From Psychrobacter cryohalolentis K5 (GTDB taxonomy: Bacteria; Pseudomonadota; Gammaproteobacteria; Pseudomonadales; Moraxellaceae): a stretch of 32,000 nucleotides of DNA. Within the stretch, counting starts at the first letter, position 1. Each line of letters opens with the position of its first letter. Where the stretch lies: positions 2,460,001-2,492,000 of the forward strand of contig NC_007969.1 of assembly GCF_000013905.1 (NCBI RefSeq), given 5' to 3'. The notes under the pieces are model-generated. The model was given only the letters and a program-made list of their open reading frames with translations, ran no database searches and was not told the DNA's origin. Positions 10,233-18,865 of this stretch are shown here, piece by piece. Made by a program: the position numbers and the translations under genes.

Positions 10233-11429
10233 ATGAATCCAGACCATCCAAACTCTAAAAAAAACGACCATGCTCATCAGAGTATACCGGCTGATACGCA
10301 TGGACACGTTGAGGAAGGTGAGGAAAGTGGTGGAAAAAGTAATACTGCTTATAGGAATCAAGACAGCCACGATCATGATGAACATCTAGAGCAAACAGTC
10401 GCCACGCGAGATACCAAAGGCTATCAGCGCACTTTACTGATAAGTTTTTTGATCATTACAGGCTACATGTTTGTAGAAGCAATCGGCGGTTGGCTCACTG
10501 GCAGTTTGGCATTATTGTCCGATGCCGGTCACATGCTGAGTGACGCGATAGCACTTGGCGCTACCTTAATGGCATTTAAAATTGGGGAAAAAGCAGCTAC
10601 TCATCAGAAAACGTTCGGTTATAAACGCTTTGAGATTTTAGTTGCCTCTGTGAATGGGGCGACACTTGTCATTATTGCCCTAATGATTTTTTATGAGGCC
10701 ATTAAACGCTTTAATTCGCCACCTGAAATTGCGACCCAAGGCATGCTTATCGTCGCCACTATCGGTATGCTGATCAATATTTTGGTTGCGTGGCTTATGC
10801 ACCGAGGTAGCCGTAGTGGCGATACTCACGGTCATGATCATGATCATGGAGCCAATGAAGGCACAGCAACGGTCAAAACATCGGATGACAAAGAGCCGGT
10901 CAATCTCAATATGCAAAGTGCTTATTTGCACGTATTAAGTGATTTAATGGGTTCAGTGGCTGCCATTATCGCCGCATTATTAATGATGAGTTTTGGCTGG
11001 GTATGGGCAGATGCGGTAGCGTCCGTAATTGTAGCGATACTTATTTTATTTAGTGGCTACCGTGTCATACGGGATTCCGTACATATCTTAATGGAAGGTA
11101 CACCGGAAGGCATCTCTCTAGTGAATGTTGAGGAAAAACTCCTTGCTCATCCACAGGTGCAAAAAGTTCATGACCTACACGTTTGGAGTATTACCAGTGG
11201 TTTAAATGCCTTATCTTGTCATGTGGTCGTCGATGGTGAAATGAGTATTCATGAGTCTAGTATATTGATTGGCAGTCTAGAACGAAGCCTGCTTGAGCTC
11301 GGCATCCATCACGCTACTATTCAGGTAGAAAGTGCGGCACACCCACAAACGAGTACCCATAGCGAAGCCCTAGTCTGCAATATCTCAGAGCGACCAGCAG
11401 AGAATAACCATATCGGGCACAATCATTAA
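10233..11429 (+). CDS. czcD: Cation diffusion facilitator (CzcD/ZitB-type Zn/Co/Cd efflux transporter) with a His-rich N-terminus and a His-rich cytoplasmic loop
   Basis: The CDF TM signature is EAIGGWLTGSLALLSDAGHMLSDAIALG and LHVLSDLMGSVAAI. The C-terminal domain reads VHDLHVWSITSG. The track start at 10221 is a TTG, so I prefer ATG 10233. Confidence 0.9.
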   Translation: MNPDHPNSKKNDHAHQSIPADTHGHVEEGEESGGKSNTAYRNQDSHDHDEHLEQTVATRDTKGYQRTLLISFLIITGYMFVEAIGGWLTGSLALLSDAGHMLSDAIALGATLMAFKIGEKAATHQKTFGYKRFEILVASVNGATLVIIALMIFYEAIKRFNSPPEIATQGMLIVATIGMLINILVAWLMHRGSRSGDTHGHDHDHGANEGTATVKTSDDKEPVNLNMQSAYLHVLSDLMGSVAAIIAALLMMSFGWVWADAVASVIVAILILFSGYRVIRDSVHILMEGTPEGISLVNVEEKLLAHPQVQKVHDLHVWSITSGLNALSCHVVVDGEMSIHESSILIGSLERSLLELGIHHATIQVESAAHPQTSTHSEALVCNISERPAENNHIGHNH

Positions 11430-11479
11430 AATAGTTTGTCATTGAAAAAGTCTGGTTTAAAAAAATGCTGCCAGTCATC

Positions 11480-11526
11480 TAGACGTCATTAATTATTTAA
11501 GTATCGTCAATTGTTAATGACGTCTA
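11480..11526. repeat. Perfect 13-bp inverted repeat at the convergent junction of the CDF gene and the small membrane ORF
   Basis: TAGACGTCATTAA (11480-11492) pairs with TTAATGACGTCTA (11514-11526) around a 21-nt loop. The right arm overlaps the stop codon of the minus-strand ORF. There is no flanking T-run. Confidence 0.6.
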
Positions 11527-11810
11527 ATCAAATCATAAAAACAACACAGTATAAGCCACAATAACCATACGGCAATGCTTATCCAAACACCCAATCCCAC
11601 TCCTAGCAAAGTCATGCGAATCCAAAAATCCAAGTCACCATTCATGATATGAGGCAAATAAGCGGGTCCCATATTCGATGCCATTATTAGCCAAAGTCCA
11701 ATTATAAGTGCCAATCCTGCACCTATAATTCTTAATATTATCTTTCCAATATTTTTTAATAAGCTAAGGCGATTAAGTATAGCAAGCTTATTTTCTAGAG
11801 TATTATTCAT
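11514..11810 (-). CDS. Hypothetical small integral membrane protein (98 aa)
   Basis: ATG start. Two to three strongly hydrophobic segments (IIGAGLALIIGLWLIMA, LLGVGLGVWISIAVWLLWLILCCF). No recognisable family. Confidence 0.55.
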   Translation of the reverse strand: MNNTLENKLAILNRLSLLKNIGKIILRIIGAGLALIIGLWLIMASNMGPAYLPHIMNGDLDFWIRMTLLGVGLGVWISIAVWLLWLILCCFYDLIRRH

Positions 11811-12055
11811 AAGTCTTCTCTTTCTATTTTTTCATTTAATCCATATTTAATGCCCTATCTTGCGATTAATAGTAATCAAATATAGCAAAATGAAATATCT
11901 CCATACCGCATATACCAATATCACACTGACTTTTATCAATGTAATCACATGTTAAAAATGATGAGAAATTTAGCCTCACTGTCATATTTTTAATATAAAT
12001 TCTGTATACTGAAAATTGAAACGCCACATTTGCCACCAATGGATGACCTTCTGCT

Positions 12056-12760
12056 ATGTCTAGACGCTCAGCGCCATTCGTCGCCCCAAGTTATATCGAT
12101 GACCCGATTTCAAAGGATGGCAAAAAACACGCCAAAGTTTTATTATCGACGCTGCAAGAAGACATTGCTCGCTTTCGAGGCGCACAGTTTCCACCTGATA
12201 TCTTACGTCAAATTCGTGACATGCCTATCTATGAAGGTAACTTAGCAGAAGTCCAAGCCTATCAGCAACTTTGGCACAATTTGCTTGAACGCGCCATGGC
12301 GTTTTATCCTGCTGCCAATCTGCCGCCTGACTATTTGCCACTGCCTGCCAGCCTTGAGATACCGCAGTTTATATATCATGTGCAGCGCTTACATCTGACC
12401 AAAACCCATGCAAAAGAATCCAAGAGTTTCGGCTCGGTCGGGGCACTTACGGATAAATGCGGCGATTATAGTGCTGATGACATTGCACGTATGACTGCTG
12501 CGTTTGATAAGGATGAGGAGACGCGTTTGGTCGCGCACCGTGAGTTTATTGATTTGCGTGCTTATGTATTTTGCCGAGATAATAAGGGTGAGATGCTAGA
12601 GCCTGAGCGGGTACGGTTTTATCGAACGGGACTTATTGTCCATGCCCTACCCGATTTTAAAATCGTAGACAGTCGACAGACACCACGCAAGCGCCGTAAC
12701 GATGCTTATAACAATCCGCTGGCAGATAATGGCATATGGAAGATTTATCGTAAAAAATAA
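12056..12760 (+). CDS. Hypothetical protein, 234 aa, soluble, basic C-terminus
   Basis: A clean ATG ORF that is co-directional with the Kef-type transporter gene and ends 74 nt upstream of it. I recognise no motif. Confidence 0.65.
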   Translation: MSRRSAPFVAPSYIDDPISKDGKKHAKVLLSTLQEDIARFRGAQFPPDILRQIRDMPIYEGNLAEVQAYQQLWHNLLERAMAFYPAANLPPDYLPLPASLEIPQFIYHVQRLHLTKTHAKESKSFGSVGALTDKCGDYSADDIARMTAAFDKDEETRLVAHREFIDLRAYVFCRDNKGEMLEPERVRFYRTGLIVHALPDFKIVDSRQTPRKRRNDAYNNPLADNGIWKIYRKK

Positions 12761-12834
12761 TCGTTATAAAGTTGCTTTTTATTTTTAATACTGCTGTTGT
12801 ACTGCCCATTTATCGTCATTGCTAAGGATTCCAG

Positions 12835-14721
12835 ATGTTCGCTGCCGCCGCCAGCTCACCAAATTTAATGTTACAAGCGACAATTTTCTTGGGAGCAGCC
12901 CTGCTCTTTGTACCCCTTGGTAAACGTTTTGGTATTGCGACGGTTTTAGGTTATCTGATCACAGGATTGATATTAGGTCCAAGTGTACTGGACGTCGCAG
13001 GTGACGCTGAGAGCTTATTGCATTTCTCTGAGTTTGGCGTGGTGATGCTGCTGTTCATCATTGGGCTTGAGCTGCAGCCATCAAGGCTCTGGGCACTCAG
13101 GCGCTCAATATTCGTCCTTGGCGGTTTGCAAGTTGGTTTGACTGGTGTCTTATTGATGGGGCTGTTACATCAGATTTTTGGCTTGCAGCTCGATACTGCT
13201 TTTATCGTTGGCTTCGGGCTTGCGCTCTCATCTACCGCCTTTGTCCTACAAATTCTGACTGAAAAACAGCAGCTATCGAGCACTCATGGCCGTGAAGCCT
13301 TTACAATTTTATTATTCCAAGACATTGCGGTTATCCCTTTATTAGCGGTCATTCCTTTCTTATCAGGGGTGCGTGAACAAAGCTATGATTTGATTTATTT
13401 TGGTAAAGTTTTTGCGGTTTTTGCTGGACTTATTTTTGCCAGTCGCTACGTCGTTCGTCCATTTTTTAAATTTGTCGCCTCAAGTGGTGCGTCAGAATTA
13501 CTAACGGCAGTCGCGCTATTTATCGTAATGGGTGTGTCAATTTTGATGGGTCAAATCGGGCTCTCAATGGCGTTGGGCGCATTTTTAACTGGTGTACTGT
13601 TGGCGGATTCTGAATACCGCCATGAGCTTGAAGCCAGTATCGAGCCTTTTAAAGGATTGTTATTAGGTCTGTTCTTTATGTCAGTCGGTATGTTGACCGA
13701 TGTGAAATTGATATTAGCAAAACCCATTTTTATCATCGGCTGTGCGATGGCATTGATGTTTATCAAGTTCGGGGTGATTACAGCGATTGCAAAAATTTCA
13801 GGTAATCGCTGGCCAACCAGCATTCGACTGGGGGTTACACTGGCTCAAGGTGGTGAATTTGCTTTTGTCTTGTTCAGTGTTGCGAGTGCCCAAAACGTCT
13901 TACAACCTGAACTTGCCAATACGTTAAACCTGATCGTAACCATCTCTATGGCACTCACTCCTTTGGCATTCTTGTTATTAGAAAAAGTCGGCGAGCCATT
14001 ATTTGCCAAAAGCAAACCAAGCCGCGAATACGACACGATTCCAGATCATGAGCATCAGGTGATTATTGCTGGCTTTGGGCGAGTCGGTCAGATTATCGGT
14101 CGTGTGCTACGTATGCACAATATTGAATTTACCGCGATTGAACGCTCGGCAAACCGCGTCGATTTTGTCCGTAAATTCGGTAACCAAGTCTATTATGGTG
14201 ATCCAAAAAACCCTGAAATCCTACGTGCAGCAGGTATCAAAAAAGCACGTGTCTTTATCCTTGCCATCGATGATTTAGAGCGTTCTATCACCACCGCCCA
14301 ATATTTACGTAAAAACTATCCAGATTTAATTATCTTAGCACGGGCACGTGACCGCCAGCATTACTACCGATTACGTGAGGTTGGGGTTCGTCATATCTGG
14401 CGTGAGACATATTTGTCCTCGCTAGATATGTCGCGTGAGTCGTTACAACTGCTTGGCATCTCACCAGAAAAAGCGCGTGAGACAGTGCAAACTTTCCGTG
14501 ATTACGATGATGATCTGATTGAACGTCAACAAGCTATTTATGATGATGAGGCCAGTATGATTGAGTCGGCTCAATCATCGATGGCGGAGCTTGAAAGCTT
14601 ATTTGATGAAGATATTGGCAAAGCCCGTAAGATGGACTTGAGCGATTTTTATGAAGCGCTAAAAAGCCAAGCCATATCAGTCGATGATAAAGATAATAAT
14701 ACGACTGAATCTAAGCATTAA
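12835..14721 (+). CDS. Monovalent cation:proton antiporter-2 (CPA2) family K+ efflux protein, KefB/KefC-like, with a C-terminal RCK/TrkA-N domain
   Basis: The N-terminal Na+/H+ exchanger-type membrane domain reads LGYLITGLILGP...EFGVVMLLFIIGLEL. The Rossmann-type segment is VIIAGFGRVGQIIGRVL. Length is 628 aa. Confidence 0.92.
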   Translation: MFAAAASSPNLMLQATIFLGAALLFVPLGKRFGIATVLGYLITGLILGPSVLDVAGDAESLLHFSEFGVVMLLFIIGLELQPSRLWALRRSIFVLGGLQVGLTGVLLMGLLHQIFGLQLDTAFIVGFGLALSSTAFVLQILTEKQQLSSTHGREAFTILLFQDIAVIPLLAVIPFLSGVREQSYDLIYFGKVFAVFAGLIFASRYVVRPFFKFVASSGASELLTAVALFIVMGVSILMGQIGLSMALGAFLTGVLLADSEYRHELEASIEPFKGLLLGLFFMSVGMLTDVKLILAKPIFIIGCAMALMFIKFGVITAIAKISGNRWPTSIRLGVTLAQGGEFAFVLFSVASAQNVLQPELANTLNLIVTISMALTPLAFLLLEKVGEPLFAKSKPSREYDTIPDHEHQVIIAGFGRVGQIIGRVLRMHNIEFTAIERSANRVDFVRKFGNQVYYGDPKNPEILRAAGIKKARVFILAIDDLERSITTAQYLRKNYPDLIILARARDRQHYYRLREVGVRHIWRETYLSSLDMSRESLQLLGISPEKARETVQTFRDYDDDLIERQQAIYDDEASMIESAQSSMAELESLFDEDIGKARKMDLSDFYEALKSQAISVDDKDNNTTESKH

Positions 14722-14775
14722 TTTTTTCAACTATAGAAATTGTTGTCAAAAATAATTCTCAGTCTTTGTAGCCAC

Positions 14776-15705
14776 CTAATCAGGGCTACAATTTTCCGGC
14801 GCTTGTTTCTTATTCAATGAGCTGATGCATTCCCAATCATCACTGTTTGGCAGATGATAAAAGACCAGTGTTTGATCATTGAGATAACGTATAGGGAGTT
14901 TTACATTTTGAATGGTCGCAATCACTACACAATCAGTTTCTGCAACGCCAGCTGCGCTACGATCAATCTCAATATGTACCTGCTCAGTGCCGCTATCGAT
15001 AGGCAGATCCAGCGGACATCGTCCTGTTTGCCGATACACTAGCGCCACATGGTTTTGCGTGGTTTTAACGGTATCATACGCATTAAACAGCACTTCGTTT
15101 TCTTTTGGTTTGGCAATAATAGGTAAGAACTGCACTTTAATGACCATTAAGATAAAGGCAAAAAATCCAAAACCCCATCCTAGCCCAAATAGGCTCACCC
15201 CGCCCTCTTGGCGCAGATGCGCTTGTTGCAAGCGCTCATCTTGTGGATAGTCATTAATCGCGTCGGCAATCTCACGTCGTGCCATCCGGTAATAGTAAGC
15301 ATCCGTCCAGCGTGCCACCATAAACGACCAAAACAGCCAAATCAGCGCGGCAATACTAACGCGTATCGTCATCTGATAAGCATCAGCAATATAAGGCATT
15401 ACTAAGAACTCAACCGCTACCAAGACTAGCGCGATATTAAGCTGAATAAAAGACCATCCTGCCACGCTGTAGACGAGTGCATCCATATAACGCTTACGAT
15501 AGAGTAACCATGGAAAGGTCACAAAAAATGCTGCCCAATGCCATTTTGGCGACAGATAGCCTTGTTCATCAAATTGCTCAAAGCGTTTTAGATAATAGCG
15601 TTGGCTACGATGCCCGACAAACCATTTATCCAGTTGTGTGCGTCTGGCAGGAGGCAATTTTTCTTGGTAAAAAGGGGGCGGCGAATCCGTCTCAATAAAT
15701 AACAT
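14776..15705 (-). CDS. DUF2628-family membrane protein with a cysteine-containing C-terminal domain resembling a type IV pilin globular head
   Basis: RYYLKRFEQFDEQG...KWHWAAFFVTFPWLLYRKRYMDAL matches the DUF2628 signature and is followed by further TM helices. The C-terminus reads ...CVVIATIQNV...DQTLVFYHLPNSDDWECISSLNKKQAPENC. Confidence 0.8.
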   Translation of the reverse strand: MLFIETDSPPPFYQEKLPPARRTQLDKWFVGHRSQRYYLKRFEQFDEQGYLSPKWHWAAFFVTFPWLLYRKRYMDALVYSVAGWSFIQLNIALVLVAVEFLVMPYIADAYQMTIRVSIAALIWLFWSFMVARWTDAYYYRMARREIADAINDYPQDERLQQAHLRQEGGVSLFGLGWGFGFFAFILMVIKVQFLPIIAKPKENEVLFNAYDTVKTTQNHVALVYRQTGRCPLDLPIDSGTEQVHIEIDRSAAGVAETDCVVIATIQNVKLPIRYLNDQTLVFYHLPNSDDWECISSLNKKQAPENCSPD

Positions 15706-15924
15706 AGTGACAAGCCTTACAGGCGATTAAAAAGACATTTAACTTAACTATTGGGATTATATGATAACGCTAATAGCATTGCATGGGCCAGAGAAACACT
15801 AGATAAATAATGTACCTAAATTACAAAACGCGCTAACATTATTAAAAAAGTATTGTTCATTCACAGCCGTACAGATTTCACTTATAATAAGCGCACTACC
15901 CATTTATTAAGCCTTGTTAATCCT

Positions 15925-16746
15925 ATGAGTCAACATCCTGATATTAATACCAACGTCGACGCCACCAGCCTTACCGATGATCAAAAATCTTTAGACACTA
16001 ATGCTACTAGTGGCAATGAGGTCGCACCTGACGGTAATAAGCATATTCGTATCGTCAACACCTTTATGAAACGCCGTACGCACATGAATAAAAATGCCGA
16101 GCTGGCATTGACGGCGCCTGAATTTGCGCATTACTTGGTTAATAACAGCTTTGGTGATGGTAATCTTGAAGGTATTGACGATTTGCGCGCGCTATTTGCT
16201 GAATTGCCAAATGGCAGTGAGGCACCCTTGACCCTTGAGATTGGTTTTGGACTTGGGGATTCGTTCATTGAAATGGCAGCAGCCGAGCCAAGTCGTAATT
16301 TTGTTGGCATTGAAGTCCATGAGCCGGGTATCGGCAAATGCGCTTATATGGCTGGTACTCAAAATTTGAGTAATGTCAGAATCATCAATGGTGATGCCAT
16401 TCAACTACTCAAACAGCTACCAGAAAACCATATCGATCGCATTCAGCTCTACTTTCCTGACCCATGGCAAAAAAAGCGCCATCATAAACGCCGCTTTGTT
16501 AGCCCTGAGCGTATGGCGATTGTCACCCGCAGCCTAAAGCAAGGCGGCTGGTTCCATACCGCCACTGACTGGGAACATTATGCCTTTTGGATGGTAGAAG
16601 TTTTGGATGGGTTTGTAGGCTTAAGCAATCAAGCAGGCGCAGGCAATTTCACTTCCCGCCCTGACTTTCGTCCAATGACAAAATTTGAGCGCCGCGGTCT
16701 AGCAAGCGGACATGGGGTTTGGGATTTAATCTATTTAAAAGACTAA
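15925..16746 (+). CDS. trmB: tRNA (guanine-N7)-methyltransferase
   Basis: [27 protein letters not shown] and [17 protein letters not shown] are TrmB hallmarks. The track start at 15853 is a TTG, so I prefer ATG 15925 (MSQHPDIN...). Confidence 0.93.
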   Translation: MSQHPDINTNVDATSLTDDQKSLDTNATSGNEVAPDGNKHIRIVNTFMKRRTHMNKNAELALTAPEFAHYLVNNSFGDGNLEGIDDLRALFAELPNGSEAPLTLEIGFGLGDSFIEMAAAEPSRNFVGIEVHEPGIGKCAYMAGTQNLSNVRIINGDAIQLLKQLPENHIDRIQLYFPDPWQKKRHHKRRFVSPERMAIVTRSLKQGGWFHTATDWEHYAFWMVEVLDGFVGLSNQAGAGNFTSRPDFRPMTKFERRGLASGHGVWDLIYLKD

Positions 16747-16777
16747 TACCAAACGCATTACGTCGGCTTCCTTTAAA

Positions 16778-16815
16778 GCGGCTAAGATATTTATCAGTAT
16801 CTTAGCCGCTTTTTT
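16778..16815 (+). terminator. Rho-independent terminator of trmB
   Basis: A 12-bp stem, GCGGCTAAGATA (16778-16789) with TATCTTAGCCGC (16798-16809), around an 8-nt loop, followed by T6 (16810-16815). Confidence 0.85.
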
Positions 16816-16820
16816 ATATC

Positions 16821-16864
16821 TATCAGTCTTCAAACCTTTTACTCATAAGGGTTAAAGACTGATA
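16821..16864. repeat. Second long hairpin immediately after the trmB terminator
   Basis: A perfect 10-bp inverted repeat, TATCAGTCTT (16821-16830) with AAGACTGATA (16855-16864). The interior can pair further with a bulge (AACCTT versus AAGGGTT). No T-run follows. Confidence 0.5.
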
Positions 16865-17078
16865 TAACTGACTATAAATATGTTTGATGAGTATCAATAG
16901 CTTTCAATTCGAAAAAAAATTATCAGCACAGATGTGAAACATAGGCATTGCCCATACTAAAATCCTGCTAAATTTAAACTTGTAAAATCAGAAATAGCCA
17001 AGTTTTGTAAATTAAATGATAACTCTTGTCTGCGCAATCATTGATACCGTAAGGGCTTGGTGAGTTCTCCCCATAAGC

Positions 17079-17306
17079 TGTGGATAACCCTGTGTATAAG
17101 TCGCTACTTGACAAGCATTTGCCTAGATAGCTTAAAGGCTTAGGTAAAATCGTTCATTTTTTGTACGATTTAAAAATTTATTAAAATCAATAGGTTAATG
17201 ATAATTTAAAAGTAAAATAATTTATTTATAAAATTTTTAATATTAATTTTATCCTATGATATGTTTCACACTGGCTAAATAAACTTTATTTATTTATTGT
17301 GGATAA
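17079..17306. promoter_or_regulatory. DnaA-box cluster flanking an extremely AT-rich tract
   Basis: TGTGGATAA at 17079-17087 is the exact complement of TTATCCACA. TGTGTATAA at 17091-17099 matches 8 of 9 positions, 3 nt downstream. TGTGGATAA at 17298-17306 is a second exact match. All three share one orientation. Between them, 17161-17250 contains only 8 G/C in 90 nt. Confidence 0.55.
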
Positions 17307-17714
17307 CTTCCAAAACTATTGACAAATAGTATGCTCATCAGGTTCAAATATGAACAGCAATTTTGAGAATTATATACAAATATTTTTGTTTTCCCATACG
17401 ACATCTATTGTCGCCTAGTATTCAGTTATGCTCAATATATGCCTTGGATTTTGTTATAATTACCCTATCTAATAAACAATGATATAAAGTTAGAGGAAGA
17501 CATAATCTGGTGATATAAGTTGCAAGCCCTACGAGCCTCATTAAAATCTCTAAACTTTTTTTCGCTTTTATCAGCATCTAATTTTACTGTATAGTAGCGT
17601 GATGTAACTGACATCGCGATCTACAAGACTCATCTCATTGCCTACTCTAAGCTTAGTTCAAAATGCTATCAGCGATAGCTTACATTGTCATTGATAACAT
17701 TGAACAAGCCATTT

Positions 17715-17743
17715 TTGATATTAATACAACTTATTCTTATAAA
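17715..17743 (+). promoter_or_regulatory. Candidate proximal sigma70 promoter of recA
   Basis: TTGATA (17715-17720), a 17-nt spacer, then TATAAA (17738-17743). The SD sequence AAGGAG lies at 17755-17760 and the ATG at 17767. Confidence 0.35.
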
Positions 17744-17766
17744 TGATTGATAACAAGGAGTCCTAC

Positions 17767-18825
17767 ATGGACGACAATAAAGCCAAAGCACTTAAAGCTG
17801 CACTAGCTCAAATCGAAAAGCAGTTTGGTAAAAATACTATCATGCATTTGGGTGACAACTCAGCAACGCTTGATGTCGACGTGGTATCGACTGGTTCATT
17901 AGGTTTAGATATTGCACTCGGGATTGGCGGTTTGCCAAAAGGTCGCATCGTTGAAATTTATGGCCCTGAAAGCTCAGGTAAAACGACTATGACATTGCAG
18001 GCAATTGCAGCGTGCCAGAAACAGGGCGGCGTTTGTGCCTTTATCGATGCTGAACATGCCTTAGACCCTGTATATGCCCGCAAGCTTGGTGTGAATACGG
18101 ATGACTTGCTACTTTCACAGCCTGATAATGGTGAACAAGCACTTGAAATTACCGATATGTTAGTACGCTCAGGTGCAATCGATATGATCGTTATTGACTC
18201 GGTCGCAGCCTTGACGCCGCGTGCCGAGATTGAAGGCGAGATGGGCGATTCACACATGGGTCTGCAAGCCCGTCTGATGAGCCAAGCTTTACGTAAAATC
18301 ACTGGTAACGCCAAACGTTCAAACTGTATGGTGTTATTTATTAACCAGATTCGTATGAAAATCGGCGTGATGTTTGGTAGTCCTGAAACCACAACTGGTG
18401 GTAATGCACTTAAGTTCTACGCTTCTGTGCGTATGGATATTCGCCGTATCGGTGCAGTCAAAAATGGTGATGAAATCATCGGTAACCAAACTCGCGTTAA
18501 AGTCATCAAAAACAAGATGGCACCGCCATTCCGCCAAGCTGAATTTGAGATTACTTACGGTGAAGGCACCAATCACTTAGCTGAAGTGATTGATTTGGGT
18601 GTTGAGATTGGTGCAGTTGGTAAAGCAGGCTCTTGGTACAGCTATGGCGATGAGAAAATCGGTCAAGGTAAAGCCAATTCTGTACTGTTCTTAAAAGAGA
18701 ACCCTGCTATTGCTGAAGAGATAGAAGCCAAAATCCGTGCTGAAAAGCTTGGTACAAAAGATGATAGTAAAGTCGCGACGGTAGATAAAGCTAATGAAGA
18801 ACAAGCCGCTGAACCTGTACAATAA
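17767..18825 (+). CDS. recA: Recombinase A
   Basis: [22 protein letters not shown]..., Walker [10 protein letters not shown] and [38 protein letters not shown] lies 6 nt upstream of ATG 17767. The track start at 17743 adds 8 non-conserved residues. Confidence 0.98.
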   Translation: MDDNKAKALKAALAQIEKQFGKNTIMHLGDNSATLDVDVVSTGSLGLDIALGIGGLPKGRIVEIYGPESSGKTTMTLQAIAACQKQGGVCAFIDAEHALDPVYARKLGVNTDDLLLSQPDNGEQALEITDMLVRSGAIDMIVIDSVAALTPRAEIEGEMGDSHMGLQARLMSQALRKITGNAKRSNCMVLFINQIRMKIGVMFGSPETTTGGNALKFYASVRMDIRRIGAVKNGDEIIGNQTRVKVIKNKMAPPFRQAEFEITYGEGTNHLAEVIDLGVEIGAVGKAGSWYSYGDEKIGQGKANSVLFLKENPAIAEEIEAKIRAEKLGTKDDSKVATVDKANEEQAAEPVQ

Positions 18826-18865
18826 CGGTATATTTTCAAACCGTTATCAGCAACTATGATGTCTT

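Noticed and set aside
17056-17074. Sigma32-like CCCCAT element (17069-17074) with an upstream CTTG (17056).
   Set aside because: The spacing is 13 nt between element starts, against about 20-21 expected for CTTGAAA-N13-14-CCCCAT. The -35 part is CTTGGTG.
17079-17306. The strong claim that this DnaA-box cluster is the chromosomal oriC.
   Set aside because: I kept this only as a hypothesis in the findings. The flanking genes are co-directional, the wider gene orientation pattern is convergent rather than divergent, there are few GATC sites, and no dnaA, dnaN, gidA or rpmH lies nearby. Three boxes are fewer than in typical gammaproteobacterial origins.
17585-17596. Possible LexA SOS box upstream of recA (TACTGTATAGTA).
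   Set aside because: Only a CTGT half-site is present, and there is no matching ACAG eight nucleotides downstream (the sequence continues GCGTGATG). It does not meet the CTGT-N8-ACAG consensus. As far as I recall, Moraxellaceae lack canonical LexA.
17958-18392. Long antisense ORFs inside highly conserved genes: 144 aa in recA, 164 aa at 22338-22832 in folP, 164 aa at 24322-24816 in ftsH, 155 aa at 31506-31973 in ftsZ, 112 aa at 14912-15250, and others.
   Set aside because: Each lies fully within, and antisense to, a gene with unambiguous homology. Their translations are low-complexity (Ser, Thr, Ala and Pro-rich), as is typical of shadow frames. None has an independent start or RBS context.
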